Assembly: GCF_030384885.1 (NCBI RefSeq)
Contig: NZ_CP128613.1
Length of the DNA: 64,000 bases
Reading direction: 5' to 3' (one strand)
From: Escherichia coli
GTDB lineage: Bacteria; Pseudomonadota; Gammaproteobacteria; Enterobacterales; Enterobacteriaceae
Every line of letters begins with the position of its first letter. The stretch's first letter is position 1. Positions 52,592 to 62,658 of this stretch are shown here, piece by piece. The translations under genes and the position numbers were made by a program. The notes under the pieces were generated by a model. That model was not told the DNA's origin. It made no database searches and saw only the letters and a list, made by a program, of their open reading frames with translations.

Positions 52592-53332
52592 ATGTTTTTC
52601 AACACTAAACATACAGCAGCATTATGCTTCGCAACCTGTGTAGCTTTTAGCTCATCAGCTATAGCAGATATCGTAATTTCCGGTACACGCGTAATCTATA
52701 AAAGCGACCAAAAAAGTGTCAGCGTTCGTCTGGAAAATAAAGGCAATAACCCATTACTTGTTCAAAGTTGGCTGGATACCGGCGATGACAATGCTGAGCC
52801 TGGCAGTATTACCGTCCCCTTTACTGCGACTCCGCCCGTATCACGCATTGATGCAAAACGCGGCCAAACTATCAAACTGATGTACACCGCCAGTAGCGTC
52901 CTGCCAAAAGATAGAGAAAGTGTGTTCTGGTTTAACGTACTGGAAGTTCCTCCAAAACCAGATGCCGCAACAGCTACAAATCAAAGCCTGCTGCAGTTGG
53001 CATTTCGTACCCGTATCAAATTGTTTTATCGCCCTGAAGGGTTAAAGGGCAATCCGTCTGACGCGCCGTTAGCACTTAAATGGTCATGGGCAACTGCGGG
53101 AGGCCAAACAGCTTTGCAAGTAACAAACCCTACGCCTTATTACGTCTCATTTAGCAGTGGTGATTTAGAAACCAGCAGCAAGCGCTATCCACTCGACGTA
53201 AAAATGATTGCGCCATTCAGTAACGATGTCATCAAAGTGAACGGTATGAGTGGCAAATCAAGCTCTGCAAAAGTTCATTTCTACGCCATTAATGATTTTG
53301 GCGGAGCCATAGAAGGCAATGCAACTCTGTAA
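52592..53332 (+). CDS. yadV: Fimbrial periplasmic chaperone (EcpD/YadV)
   Basis: Track ORF 246 aa; PapD-like (ISGTRVIYKSDQKSVSVRLEN). Confidence 0.85.
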   Translation: MFFNTKHTAALCFATCVAFSSSAIADIVISGTRVIYKSDQKSVSVRLENKGNNPLLVQSWLDTGDDNAEPGSITVPFTATPPVSRIDAKRGQTIKLMYTASSVLPKDRESVFWFNVLEVPPKPDAATATNQSLLQLAFRTRIKLFYRPEGLKGNPSDAPLALKWSWATAGGQTALQVTNPTPYYVSFSSGDLETSSKRYPLDVKMIAPFSNDVIKVNGMSGKSSSAKVHFYAINDFGGAIEGNATL

Positions 53333-53367
53333 TCAGGCAAGGGATATTACGCAGCAGGAAGCGAAAC

Positions 53368-55965
53368 GTGCAAAAAATAACAATAATTCATCCTCATAAC
53401 CTCACGCAGATCGCTACGCTTTGTGCGCTGCTTTATAGTTCCTTTAGCATAAGTGCTGAACACGTTGAATATGACCATACCTTCCTGATGGGGCGTGATG
53501 CTTCAAATATCGACCTTAGTCGGTACAGTGAAGGTAACCCTACGCTACCCGGTATTTACGACGTAAATGTTTATGTTAATGATCAACCCGTCATTAACCA
53601 AAGTATCCCTTTTGTCGTTATTGACGGGAAGAAAAATGCCCAGGCTTGTATCACCCAAAAGAATATATTGCAGTTTCACATTACCCAACCAGATATTGAT
53701 AGTGAAAATGCGGTACTACTCGAGCGAGATGAAGAGCTCGGTGATTGCCTCAATCTAACCGAAATTATCCCGCAATCATCTGTGCGTTATGATGTGAATG
53801 ATCAACGACTGGATATTGATGTCCCACAGGCATGGGTCATGAAAAATTACCAAAACTATGTTGATCCGTCATTATGGGAAAATGGTATTAATGCTGCCAT
53901 GCTTTCATATAACGTTAATGGTTATCACAGTGAAAGCCCTGGCAGAAAAAATGACAGTATTTATGCCTCATTTAATGGTGGTGTGAATTTAGGCGCATGG
54001 CGAATGCGCGCTTCAGGTAACTACAACTGGATGAACGATTCTGGTAGCGATTACAACTTTCAGAATCGGTATCTGCAGCGCGATATTGCATCACTACGTT
54101 CGCAATTAATTATTGGTGAATCCTATACCACCGGGGAAACTTTTGATTCCGTCAGCATTCGTGGCGTTCGCTTATACAGCGACAGTCGGATGCTTCCCCC
54201 TGCATTAGCCAGTTTTGCTCCGGTTATTCATGGTGTCGCCAACACTAACGCAAAAGTGACTATCACTCAGAGCGGTTATAAGATCTATGAAACAACAGTA
54301 CCACCAGGCGCATTTACTATTGATGATCTCAGTCCATCAGGCTATGGCAGCGACCTCATTGTCACAATTGAAGAGGCTGATGGCTCAAAGCGGACTTTCT
54401 CTCAGCCATTTTCATCGGTAGTGCAAATGCTACGACCTGGCGTTGGTCGCTGGGATATTAGTGGTGGTCAGGTATTAAAGGACGATATTCAGGATGAACC
54501 TAATTTATTTCAGGCCAGCTACTACTATGGCCTAAACAACTACCTGACCGCGTATACAGGTATTCAGCTCACCGATAATAACTATACTGCCGGATTACTG
54601 GGACTTGGTTTAAATACGTCCCTGGGTGCTTTTTCTTTCGATGTCACTCACTCCAATGTCCGCATCCCTGAAGATAAAACATACCAGGGGCAGAGCTATC
54701 GTTTATCGTGGAACAAATTATTCGAAGATACCAGTACGTCGCTAAATATCGCGGCCTACCGCTATTCAACGCAGAATTATCTTGGTCTTAATGACGCTTT
54801 AACACTCATTGATGAAGTGAAGCATCCAGAGCAAGAGCTTGAACCGCAATCCATGCGGAATTACTCGCGCATGAAAAATCAGGTTACGGTCAGTATTAAC
54901 CAACCGCTGAAATTTGAGAAAAAAGATTACGGCTCCTTTTATCTTTCAGGAAGCTGGTCCGACTATTGGGCTTCCGGCCAAAATCAAAGCAATTATTCCA
55001 TTGGCTACAGCAATAGTGCCTCCTGGGGCAGCTATAGCATTAGTGCTCAGCGTTCCTGGAATGAAGATGGTGAAACCGATGATAGTATCTATCTCAGTTT
55101 CACCATTCCAATTGAAAAACTCCTGGGGACAGAACACCGTGATTCAGGTTTCCAGAATATTGACACTCAGCTAAACAGCGATTTTAAAGGTAATAATCAA
55201 CTAAATATCAGTAGCAGTGGTTACAACGATAACAATCGCATCAGTTACAGCGTGAATACTGGCTATACGATGAATAAATCCACCGATGATTTAAGTTATA
55301 TCGGGGGTTATGCCAGTTATGAATCCCCATGGGGAACATTGGCCGGTTCGGTTTCCGCAAGTAGTGATAATAGCCGTCAGTTTTCGCTCAATACCGACGG
55401 GGGTTTTGTGCTACACAGTGGAGGCCTCACATTCAGTAACGACAGCTTTAGTGATTCCGACACTCTGGCAGTGGTTCAGGCCCCCGGAGCAAAAGGCGCC
55501 CGTATCAACTACGGTAATAGCACTGTAGATCGCTGGGGCTATGGCGTAACCAGCGCCCTGTCGCCATATCATGAAAACCGCATCGCTCTGGATATTAACG
55601 ATCTTGAGAACGATGTTGAATTGAAAAGTACCAGTACTGTTGCCGTACCGCGTCAGGGCTCTGTCATCTTCGCTGGTTTTGAAACGGTACAGGGGCAATC
55701 AGCGATTATGAATATTAAACGTAGCGACGGTCGTAACATTCCATTTGCTGCGGATATTTATGATGAGCAAGGCAATAATATTGGAAATGTCGGCCAGGGC
55801 GGGCAAGCTTTTGTACGTGGTATCAGTCAACAGGGTAATATCCAGATTAAATGGCTCGAAGCAGGTAAGCCCGTAAATTGCCTGGCCCATTATCAACAAA
55901 ACGCAGAAGCAGAAAAGATCGCACAAACGATTATCATCAATGGAATTAATTGTCAGATTCAGTAA
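53368..55965 (+). CDS. htrE: Fimbrial usher HtrE
   Basis: Track ORF 865 aa; usher-family size and composition; operon position. Confidence 0.9.
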   Translation: MQKITIIHPHNLTQIATLCALLYSSFSISAEHVEYDHTFLMGRDASNIDLSRYSEGNPTLPGIYDVNVYVNDQPVINQSIPFVVIDGKKNAQACITQKNILQFHITQPDIDSENAVLLERDEELGDCLNLTEIIPQSSVRYDVNDQRLDIDVPQAWVMKNYQNYVDPSLWENGINAAMLSYNVNGYHSESPGRKNDSIYASFNGGVNLGAWRMRASGNYNWMNDSGSDYNFQNRYLQRDIASLRSQLIIGESYTTGETFDSVSIRGVRLYSDSRMLPPALASFAPVIHGVANTNAKVTITQSGYKIYETTVPPGAFTIDDLSPSGYGSDLIVTIEEADGSKRTFSQPFSSVVQMLRPGVGRWDISGGQVLKDDIQDEPNLFQASYYYGLNNYLTAYTGIQLTDNNYTAGLLGLGLNTSLGAFSFDVTHSNVRIPEDKTYQGQSYRLSWNKLFEDTSTSLNIAAYRYSTQNYLGLNDALTLIDEVKHPEQELEPQSMRNYSRMKNQVTVSINQPLKFEKKDYGSFYLSGSWSDYWASGQNQSNYSIGYSNSASWGSYSISAQRSWNEDGETDDSIYLSFTIPIEKLLGTEHRDSGFQNIDTQLNSDFKGNNQLNISSSGYNDNNRISYSVNTGYTMNKSTDDLSYIGGYASYESPWGTLAGSVSASSDNSRQFSLNTDGGFVLHSGGLTFSNDSFSDSDTLAVVQAPGAKGARINYGNSTVDRWGYGVTSALSPYHENRIALDINDLENDVELKSTSTVAVPRQGSVIFAGFETVQGQSAIMNIKRSDGRNIPFAADIYDEQGNNIGNVGQGGQAFVRGISQQGNIQIKWLEAGKPVNCLAHYQQNAEAEKIAQTIIINGINCQIQ

Positions 55966-55980
55966 CCACAAGGGCTCCAC

Positions 55981-56556
55981 ATGATAAAAATGACACCATA
56001 TAAATTGACAATACTGATGGGTATATTATTTTCACCTTCAGTATTTGCTACAGATATTAATGTTGATTTCACCGCAACGGTGAAGGCGACAACCTGTAAT
56101 ATTACTCTCACTGCACTGAATGGCTCAAGTGTTACAGATGATGGTAACGATAATTACATACTACGTATACCTAATATGGGGTTGGATAAAATAGTTAATA
56201 AAACAGCCGAAGCCCAGGCAGACTTTAAACTGATCGCCAGTGGTTGTAGCGGTGGCATCAGCTGGATTGATACAACGCTGTCAGGGAATAAGTCTGGCAG
56301 CTCCCCAAAATTGATAGCGCCATTATCATCAGACACATCCTCAACAACCAGCTATATTGGTATGGGAATTAAAAAAATAAATACTGATGATTCTACATTT
56401 CTGACCCCTAACAGCGCAGAGAAAATTCGCTGGAGCCTGACAGAAATCAATACAGACGGTCTCTCAATGACCGTTGCATTGCGTGAAACAGGTACAGGTC
56501 AAGGCATACCAGGTAATTTTCGTGCTAAGGCAACTTTTAATTTCACCTATCAATAA
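55981..56556 (+). CDS. yadM: Fimbrial minor subunit YadM
   Basis: Track ORF 191 aa, signal peptide, C-terminal ...ATFNFTYQ; exact start uncertain. Confidence 0.8.
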   Translation: MIKMTPYKLTILMGILFSPSVFATDINVDFTATVKATTCNITLTALNGSSVTDDGNDNYILRIPNMGLDKIVNKTAEAQADFKLIASGCSGGISWIDTTLSGNKSGSSPKLIAPLSSDTSSTTSYIGMGIKKINTDDSTFLTPNSAEKIRWSLTEINTDGLSMTVALRETGTGQGIPGNFRAKATFNFTYQ

Positions 56557-56570
56557 CAAGGATGACAATA

Positions 56571-57176
56571 ATGATGTATAAAAAATTACGTTATGGATTA
56601 TCCGTAAGTATGATTCTTGCTGCATCCCAGTTAGTCGCGCCATCCTATGCGGCTACCGACAGTATCGGTCTGACAGTCGTTACCACTGTTGAGACTGGGA
56701 CTTGCGATGCACAACTGGTTAATGATAGCAATCAACAAATTTCTGCGGTGGATTTTGGCGATGTTTATATTTCTGAAATCGATAAAAAATTAAAAATTAA
56801 GACTTTCAAATTACAGTTTAAAAACTGCGCGGGTATTCCCGGGAAAAAGGCTCTGATAAACCTGACCAAACGCGCAACTTGCGAAGGGACCAGTAATGAC
56901 GGAGCAGGTTTTGCAAATGGTTCTACAGGTACCGGCAAAGCAAGCGCCGTTGTGGTAGAAGTCTGGAACACCACTGTACCTGCAACGGGAAGTGCGGCTC
57001 CATTTAGCTGTGCAGCACCGGCAAATAAAGAGGTAATTATTGCCTCCGCCACAGGTAATAACGTAGTGGACTATCCGATGAGCGCCCGTCTGGTGGTTGA
57101 TAAAGATAAAACTGTCAGCGACGTTACCGCTGGCACATTTTCTGCACCAGCAACATTTACCGTGACTTACAACTAA
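56571..57176 (+). CDS. yadL: Fimbrial minor subunit YadL
   Basis: Track ORF 56562..57176; start at MMYKKLRYGLSV assumed; C-terminal ...ATFTVTYN. Confidence 0.78.
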   Translation: MMYKKLRYGLSVSMILAASQLVAPSYAATDSIGLTVVTTVETGTCDAQLVNDSNQQISAVDFGDVYISEIDKKLKIKTFKLQFKNCAGIPGKKALINLTKRATCEGTSNDGAGFANGSTGTGKASAVVVEVWNTTVPATGSAAPFSCAAPANKEVIIASATGNNVVDYPMSARLVVDKDKTVSDVTAGTFSAPATFTVTYN

Positions 57177-57201
57177 CTGGTCGCCATATCAGGTACTTAC
57201 T

Positions 57202-57798
57202 ATGCATCCCACCCAACGTAAAATGACGAAGAAAACAGGTTTATTTCTGTCGTTAATATTATCAATGATACACCCCGTCATGGCGGGAATGGATATTGAT
57301 ATGACGGCTAATGTCAAAAATAGCACCTGCAAAAGCGGAATTAGCAATCAAGGTAATATCGATCTTGGCGTCGTCGGTGTGGGATATTTTGCCGGTAATA
57401 CCTCTGCTGAAGACCATCAACCTAGCGGAAAAGAATTTACCATCACGGTGACAGACTGTGCATTTCAGGGAACAGGAGATGTACTCAATCAGTTGCATAT
57501 TGAATTCCGCCCTCTTAGCGGTGTAATGGCAACAGGCTCTAGGCAAATATTTAATAATGAGAACGTCTCGGGGGCCAGTAATGTTGGCGTCGTTATCTTT
57601 TCTATCCAGGACCCGGCAAACACCTTCAATGTTCTGAATACAGCTGGCATTTCTCGTTCAATTTATCCGGTGATGTCATCAGAGATGAATAACTCATCCT
57701 GGAAATTTTATACCCGAATGCAAAAAGTTAACCCAGCACTTAACATTACATCCGGTCAAGTCAAAAGTACTGTACTGGTCGACGTCTACTATGAGTAA
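57202..57798 (+). CDS. yadK: Fimbrial minor subunit YadK
   Basis: Track ORF 198 aa; C-terminal ...VLVDVYYE. Confidence 0.8.
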   Translation: MHPTQRKMTKKTGLFLSLILSMIHPVMAGMDIDMTANVKNSTCKSGISNQGNIDLGVVGVGYFAGNTSAEDHQPSGKEFTITVTDCAFQGTGDVLNQLHIEFRPLSGVMATGSRQIFNNENVSGASNVGVVIFSIQDPANTFNVLNTAGISRSIYPVMSSEMNNSSWKFYTRMQKVNPALNITSGQVKSTVLVDVYYE

Positions 57799-57822
57799 CC
57801 TCTAATATAAGAAGATAATAAT

Positions 57823-59103
57823 ATGTTAACGCTAAAAATCGTATATAAAACGCAAGCATTTTTAAAGTGCTGCATTCTGCTCTTATTATCTCTTTCTAGT
57901 ATTTCTTTCGCGGCTAACACTGGTTTTGTTGTAGGAAATCCCCCCCCATCGCCCACTAGTCTGGCTGGGCCCTCAGGTAATGGAAAAGCAACTTTCAGAT
58001 ACAACACTATCGCAAACAATTTAGTTTTTTATAAACCTACAGGTTCAGGCATTAACCAAACGGGAGTAAAACTATACTGGGCACAATTAGATAGTGCACT
58101 TGGTGGTGTAGGAAATGGAGTTATTTATTGTAACACCAGTAATAATGCCAGTGGTGGACCGATGACACTTACAAATGCAATGGTTGACTCTGGTTTCACT
58201 TACAATGGTCATAAATTATTTAAAACATCTGTTCCAGGTCTCTATTACACATTGTCAATTTTCAACGTGTGGTCAGCTTGGGTAAAATCTAATATCAGCG
58301 CAAATGGTCTTTATATTGGAGATGCTGCTAAGCAATACTTTTCATTCTATGTAGCTGACCCGGACCTTCAGAGAAACGGATGTAACAAGGCAAACTCAAT
58401 GAGTAAGTATTGGGCAATTGGTGGTGTAATGCAGAGCCTCACTGTCGAATTTTATACTGACTCCTCTTTCGATCCTGTACAAAACCAAAAGGTTCAATTG
58501 TTACGTACTAGCGACTATCTTTATGCTTTTCATGCTGAAGGCGCTGGCGTTGGCATTAATGAACATAGTCATTTTCTTTTTATAGATTTTGATCTAACTA
58601 ATATCACAATTACATTACCTACATGCTTCACCTCCGTTTTGAGTGGTTCGGCTGTCAGTGGCTCAACAGTAAAAATGGGTGAATATACTTCCCAACAAAT
58701 AAAAAATGGGGCAACCCCAGTTCCTTTTGATATTAACTTACAAAACTGCATCCGTGTTCGTAATATTGAAACAAAACTCGTCTCCACAAAAATCGGCACA
58801 GAAAACAAGAAACTTCTGGGTAATACGCTCACAGGTAATGATGCGGCAAAAGGAGTTGGTGTATTAATTGAAGGGTTAGCCACCAACAAAAGTGTAAAAA
58901 TGATACTGGAACCCAATGTTTCAACATCTGTTTATAAAGATTACGAAACGGAAAATGATACCACTGATGGGATTTACCCAAATCAGGGTAACGGTACTTC
59001 ACAACCTCTTCATTTCCAGGCGACCTTACAACAAGACGGAAATATTCCTATAGAGTCAGGGGAGTTAAAAGCCACCAGTACTTTTCAGGTGACCTATCCC
59101 TGA
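57823..59103 (+). CDS. yadC: Fimbrial tip adhesin YadC (two-domain)
   Basis: Track ORF 426 aa; last gene of the yad operon; C-terminal ...[11 protein letters not shown]-terminal segment appears to differ from the K-12 allele as I recall it. Confidence 0.78.
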   Translation: MLTLKIVYKTQAFLKCCILLLLSLSSISFAANTGFVVGNPPPSPTSLAGPSGNGKATFRYNTIANNLVFYKPTGSGINQTGVKLYWAQLDSALGGVGNGVIYCNTSNNASGGPMTLTNAMVDSGFTYNGHKLFKTSVPGLYYTLSIFNVWSAWVKSNISANGLYIGDAAKQYFSFYVADPDLQRNGCNKANSMSKYWAIGGVMQSLTVEFYTDSSFDPVQNQKVQLLRTSDYLYAFHAEGAGVGINEHSHFLFIDFDLTNITITLPTCFTSVLSGSAVSGSTVKMGEYTSQQIKNGATPVPFDINLQNCIRVRNIETKLVSTKIGTENKKLLGNTLTGNDAAKGVGVLIEGLATNKSVKMILEPNVSTSVYKDYETENDTTDGIYPNQGNGTSQPLHFQATLQQDGNIPIESGELKATSTFQVTYP

Positions 59104-59214
59104 TAGCAACGTTGCACCGCCTGATAATGGCGGTGCAACAATAGAGAAATCATTGCCCCCACAAATGTGACTGATAAAATGCAAACAGCACAACATCATT
59201 TATCAGGACACGTT

Positions 59215-60009
59215 ATGAAACCGACCACCATTGCTTCATTGCAGAAATGCAAACAGGACAAAAAACGCTTCGCGACAATAACCGCTTACGACTACAGCTT
59301 CGCTAAATTGTTTGCCGAAGAAGGACTTAACGTGATGTTGGTTGGCGATTCGCTGGGCATGACTGTTCAGGGGCACGACTCCACACTCCCGGTAACCGTT
59401 CAAGATATCGCCTACCACACTGCTGCCGTACGTCGTGGCGCACCAAATTGCCTGCTGCTGGCCGACCTGCCGTTTATGGCGTATTCCACCCCGGAACAGG
59501 CCTTTGAAAATGCCGCCACAGTAATGCGTGCCGGAGCCAATATGGTCAAAATTGAAGGCGGCGCATGGTTGGTTGAGACGGTACGAATGCTGACTGAACG
59601 CGCAGTTCCGGTGTGTGGTCATTTAGGTTTAACCCCACAGTCAGTGAATATATTTGGCGGCTACAAAGTACAAGGGCGTGGCGATGAAGCGGGCGATCAA
59701 CTGCTCAGCGATGCGTTAGCCTTAGAAGCCGCTGGTGCACAGTTGCTGGTGCTGGAATGCGTGCCGGTTGAACTGGCGAAACGCATTACCGAAGCGCTGG
59801 CGATTCCGGTAATCGGTATTGGCGCGGGCAACGTCACCGACGGGCAAATCCTCGTGATGCACGACGCGTTCGGTATTACCGGCGGCCATATCCCTAAATT
59901 TGCAAAAAATTTCCTTGCTGAAGCGGGCGACATCCGCGCAGCAGTGCGTCAGTATATAGCTGAAGTGGAGTCCGGTGTTTATCCGGGCGAAGAACACAGT
60001 TTCCATTAA
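59215..60009 (+). CDS. panB: 3-methyl-2-oxobutanoate hydroxymethyltransferase
   Basis: Track ORF 59167..60009; start placed at [27 protein letters not shown] (264 aa). Confidence 0.93.
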   Translation: MKPTTIASLQKCKQDKKRFATITAYDYSFAKLFAEEGLNVMLVGDSLGMTVQGHDSTLPVTVQDIAYHTAAVRRGAPNCLLLADLPFMAYSTPEQAFENAATVMRAGANMVKIEGGAWLVETVRMLTERAVPVCGHLGLTPQSVNIFGGYKVQGRGDEAGDQLLSDALALEAAGAQLLVLECVPVELAKRITEALAIPVIGIGAGNVTDGQILVMHDAFGITGGHIPKFAKNFLAEAGDIRAAVRQYIAEVESGVYPGEEHSFH

Positions 60010-60020
60010 GGAGTCACGTT

Positions 60021-60872
60021 GTGTTAATTATCGAAACCCTGCCGTTGCTGCGTCAGCAAATTCGCCGCCTGCGAATGGAAGGCAAACGCGTGGCGCTGGT
60101 GCCTACTATGGGTAACCTGCACGATGGTCATATGAAGCTGGTCGACGAAGCCAAAGCCCGCGCCGATGTGGTCGTCGTCAGTATTTTCGTTAACCCGATG
60201 CAGTTTGACCGCCCGGAAGATCTGGCTCGTTATCCACGAACCTTGCAGGAAGACTGCGAGAAGCTAAACAAACGTAAAGTGGATCTGGTTTTCGCTCCCT
60301 CGGTAAAAGAGATCTATCCGAACGGTACAGAAACCCACACCTATGTCGATGTTCCAGGCCTTTCCACCATGCTGGAAGGTGCCAGCCGTCCAGGACATTT
60401 TCGCGGCGTATCGACCATCGTCAGCAAACTGTTCAACCTGGTCCAGCCGGACATCGCCTGCTTCGGTGAAAAGGATTTTCAGCAACTGGCACTGATCCGC
60501 AAAATGGTTGCCGATATGGGCTTTGATATTGAGATTGTCGGAGTGCCGATTATGCGCGCGAAAGACGGTCTGGCGCTCAGTTCCCGTAACGGCTATCTGA
60601 CGGCGGAACAACGTAAAATTGCGCCGGGTCTGTACAAGGTCTTAAGTTCAATTGCCGACAAATTGCAGGCTGGCGAACGGGATCTCGATGAAATTATTGC
60701 TATTGCCGGGCAAGAACTGAATGAAAAAGGTTTCCGTTCCGATGATATTCAGATTCGCGATGCCGACACCTTGCTGGAAATCGCTGAAAACAGCAAACGA
60801 GCGGTGATTCTGGTAGCCGCCTGGCTTGGCGATGCTCGCCTGATCGACAACAAAATCGTCGAACTGGCGTAA
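60021..60872 (+). CDS. panC: Pantothenate synthetase
   Basis: Track ORF 283 aa; [37 protein letters not shown]. Confidence 0.95.
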   Translation: MLIIETLPLLRQQIRRLRMEGKRVALVPTMGNLHDGHMKLVDEAKARADVVVVSIFVNPMQFDRPEDLARYPRTLQEDCEKLNKRKVDLVFAPSVKEIYPNGTETHTYVDVPGLSTMLEGASRPGHFRGVSTIVSKLFNLVQPDIACFGEKDFQQLALIRKMVADMGFDIEIVGVPIMRAKDGLALSSRNGYLTAEQRKIAPGLYKVLSSIADKLQAGERDLDEIIAIAGQELNEKGFRSDDIQIRDADTLLEIAENSKRAVILVAAWLGDARLIDNKIVELA

Positions 60873-60891
60873 TACTTATACTCTAAATAAT

Positions 60892-61005
60892 TCAAGTTGC
60901 AGGAAGGCGGCAAGCGAGTGAATCCCCAGGAGCTTACATAAGTAAGTGACTGGGGTGAGCGAACGCAGACGCAGCACATGCAACTTGAAGTATGACGAGT
61001 ATAAC
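60892..61005. repeat. ERIC (IRU) enterobacterial repetitive intergenic consensus element
   Basis: GTGAATCCCCAGGAGCTTACATAAGTAAGTGACTGGGGTGAGCGAACGCAGACGCAGCACATGCAACTTGAAGTATGACGAG closely matches the ERIC consensus; intergenic between convergent panC and rpnC. Confidence 0.75.
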
Positions 61006-61092
61006 TGGCGCTACGGCTGATGGCGCCAATTATTAATTTGCCCCACATCATGGCGATGACGTCTGTAAGCGATTATTCATATCGCAGGCAAT

Positions 61093-62001
61093 TTAGTTAA
61101 TCAGCTTATCAAGCTCAGCAAGAGGTAAATTTGCCATCTCTGCAACGTCTTCCCGAGACATTCCTTTACTCAGAAGACGCAGGGCGAATTCTTGCCTTTC
61201 CTCCTGTCTTCCCAGCTGAATCCCCTTCTCAATCCCCTTCTCAATTCCCTTCTCTTCAAACCACTGCGCCAACGTCATCATAGACTCCCCTCCCGTTTCC
61301 CTGTCTCTCACCACACCATAAAACAAATCCGCTTGTTCAGTATGACCGCGTTGCAGCATATAGTTTTGCATGGCAACTAACTGACTTCCGCTAGTGTACC
61401 CTTCGTCAATCAGCGTGACCAGTTGCTCCAGCAATAACATTAAGTCGCGCTGGCGAATATGTTTTTGCAGCAGTTCGAGAATCGCAATCCGCCGATGTTG
61501 CATGATTTCGTCATCCGGTGTGATAGTGATATCCACCAGCGGGAAAGGACTGTTATAGACGCGTCGCGCCAGCTCCGGCGAGTAAAACATATCAAACCAG
61601 CACATTGAGAGTGGATAAGGCGTGGCCTCGCCCTGATAAAACAAAATCGGCACCACCAGCGGCAGCTTATCGTGGTCAGCCTCCAGATGCCGGTGCATGG
61701 CGGCAATAGAATAACGCATCATACGAAACGCCATTTTTTTGTCCGGCTTGCTTTGGTGTTCAATCACAACATGTAGATAGCCCGTATTACCCTGCATTTG
61801 CACGGAATAGAGCACGTCAGTGCTGTGCCCTTTCAGGCTTTCTTCAATAAAACTCCCCGACTCAAGATGCAGCGTGTCGAGATCACACAGTTCGCGTAGC
61901 TCCGCTGGCAAATGGATATCCAGAAAGTCGCGAGCCGTTTCCGCGTGCATTAAAAATTGTTTAAACACCGCATCATGCGGTGTGGTACTCGGTGCATCCA
62001 T
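61093..62001 (-). CDS. rpnC: Rpn-family recombination-promoting nuclease / transposase_31-like protein (YadD/RpnC)
   Basis: Track ORF 302 aa MDAPSTTPHDAVFKQFLMHAETARDFLDIHLPAELRELCDLDTLHLESGSFIEE; YhgA/Rpn family features; no flanking inverted repeats seen. Confidence 0.85.
   Translation of the reverse strand: MDAPSTTPHDAVFKQFLMHAETARDFLDIHLPAELRELCDLDTLHLESGSFIEESLKGHSTDVLYSVQMQGNTGYLHVVIEHQSKPDKKMAFRMMRYSIAAMHRHLEADHDKLPLVVPILFYQGEATPYPLSMCWFDMFYSPELARRVYNSPFPLVDITITPDDEIMQHRRIAILELLQKHIRQRDLMLLLEQLVTLIDEGYTSGSQLVAMQNYMLQRGHTEQADLFYGVVRDRETGGESMMTLAQWFEEKGIEKGIEKGIQLGRQEERQEFALRLLSKGMSREDVAEMANLPLAELDKLIN
61219..61254. repeat. In-frame 12-bp x3 tandem repeat inside rpnC (encodes EKGI-EKGI-EKGI)
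   Basis: AATCCCCTTCTC AATCCCCTTCTC AATTCCCTTCTC read directly on the + strand. Confidence 0.7.
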
Positions 62002-62274
62002 CTTCCCTGCCTTCCGTGTTGTCTTGCGTGAAGGCAGTATCCAGTCAAGGCGCGCCGTCGTCAGCCGCCTCTTTAGTGTTTACCGAGCAGCGTTCAGAGA
62101 AATTTCAATTGGTTACAGGTGTTACATGGCTCGCTTCGGCACGGTACGCAAACTGCTGATGCAAATGCCGTCAGATGAGTAGACACTAAACAAAAATCGG
62201 GCAATACTGCGTGAGAATTTCCTCAAAGCAGGCACCGCCTGCTTCGTTAACGACAGGGTAGAAAGGTAGAAGTT

Positions 62275-62655
62275 ATGATTCGCACGATGCTGCAGGGCAA
62301 ACTCCACCGCGTGAAAGTGACTCATGCGGACCTGCACTATGAAGGTTCTTGCGCCATTGACCAGGATTTTCTTGACGCAGCCGGTATTCTCGAAAACGAA
62401 GCCATTGATATCTGGAATGTCACCAACGGCAAGCGTTTCTCCACCTATGCCATCGCGGCAGAGCGCGGTTCGAGAATTATTTCTGTTAACGGTGCGGCGG
62501 CCCACTGCGCCAGCGTCGGCGATATTGTCATCATCGCCAGCTTCGTCACTATGCCGGATGAAGAAGCCCGTACATGGCGACCCAACGTTGCTTATTTTGA
62601 AGGCGACAATGAAATGAAACGTACCGCGAAAGCGATTCCAGTTCAGGTGGCCTGA
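62275..62655 (+). CDS. panD: Aspartate 1-decarboxylase (pyruvoyl-dependent)
   Basis: Track ORF 126 aa [38 protein letters not shown] (G-S self-cleavage site). Confidence 0.95.
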
Positions 62656-62658
62656 TAA

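Noticed and set aside
61093-62001. rpnC (transposase_31 family) as an insertion sequence or mobile element
   Set aside because: No terminal inverted repeats or target-site duplication are visible around the gene; Rpn proteins are domesticated nuclease-like genes at a fixed chromosomal locus, so I annotate it as a CDS, not a mobile element.
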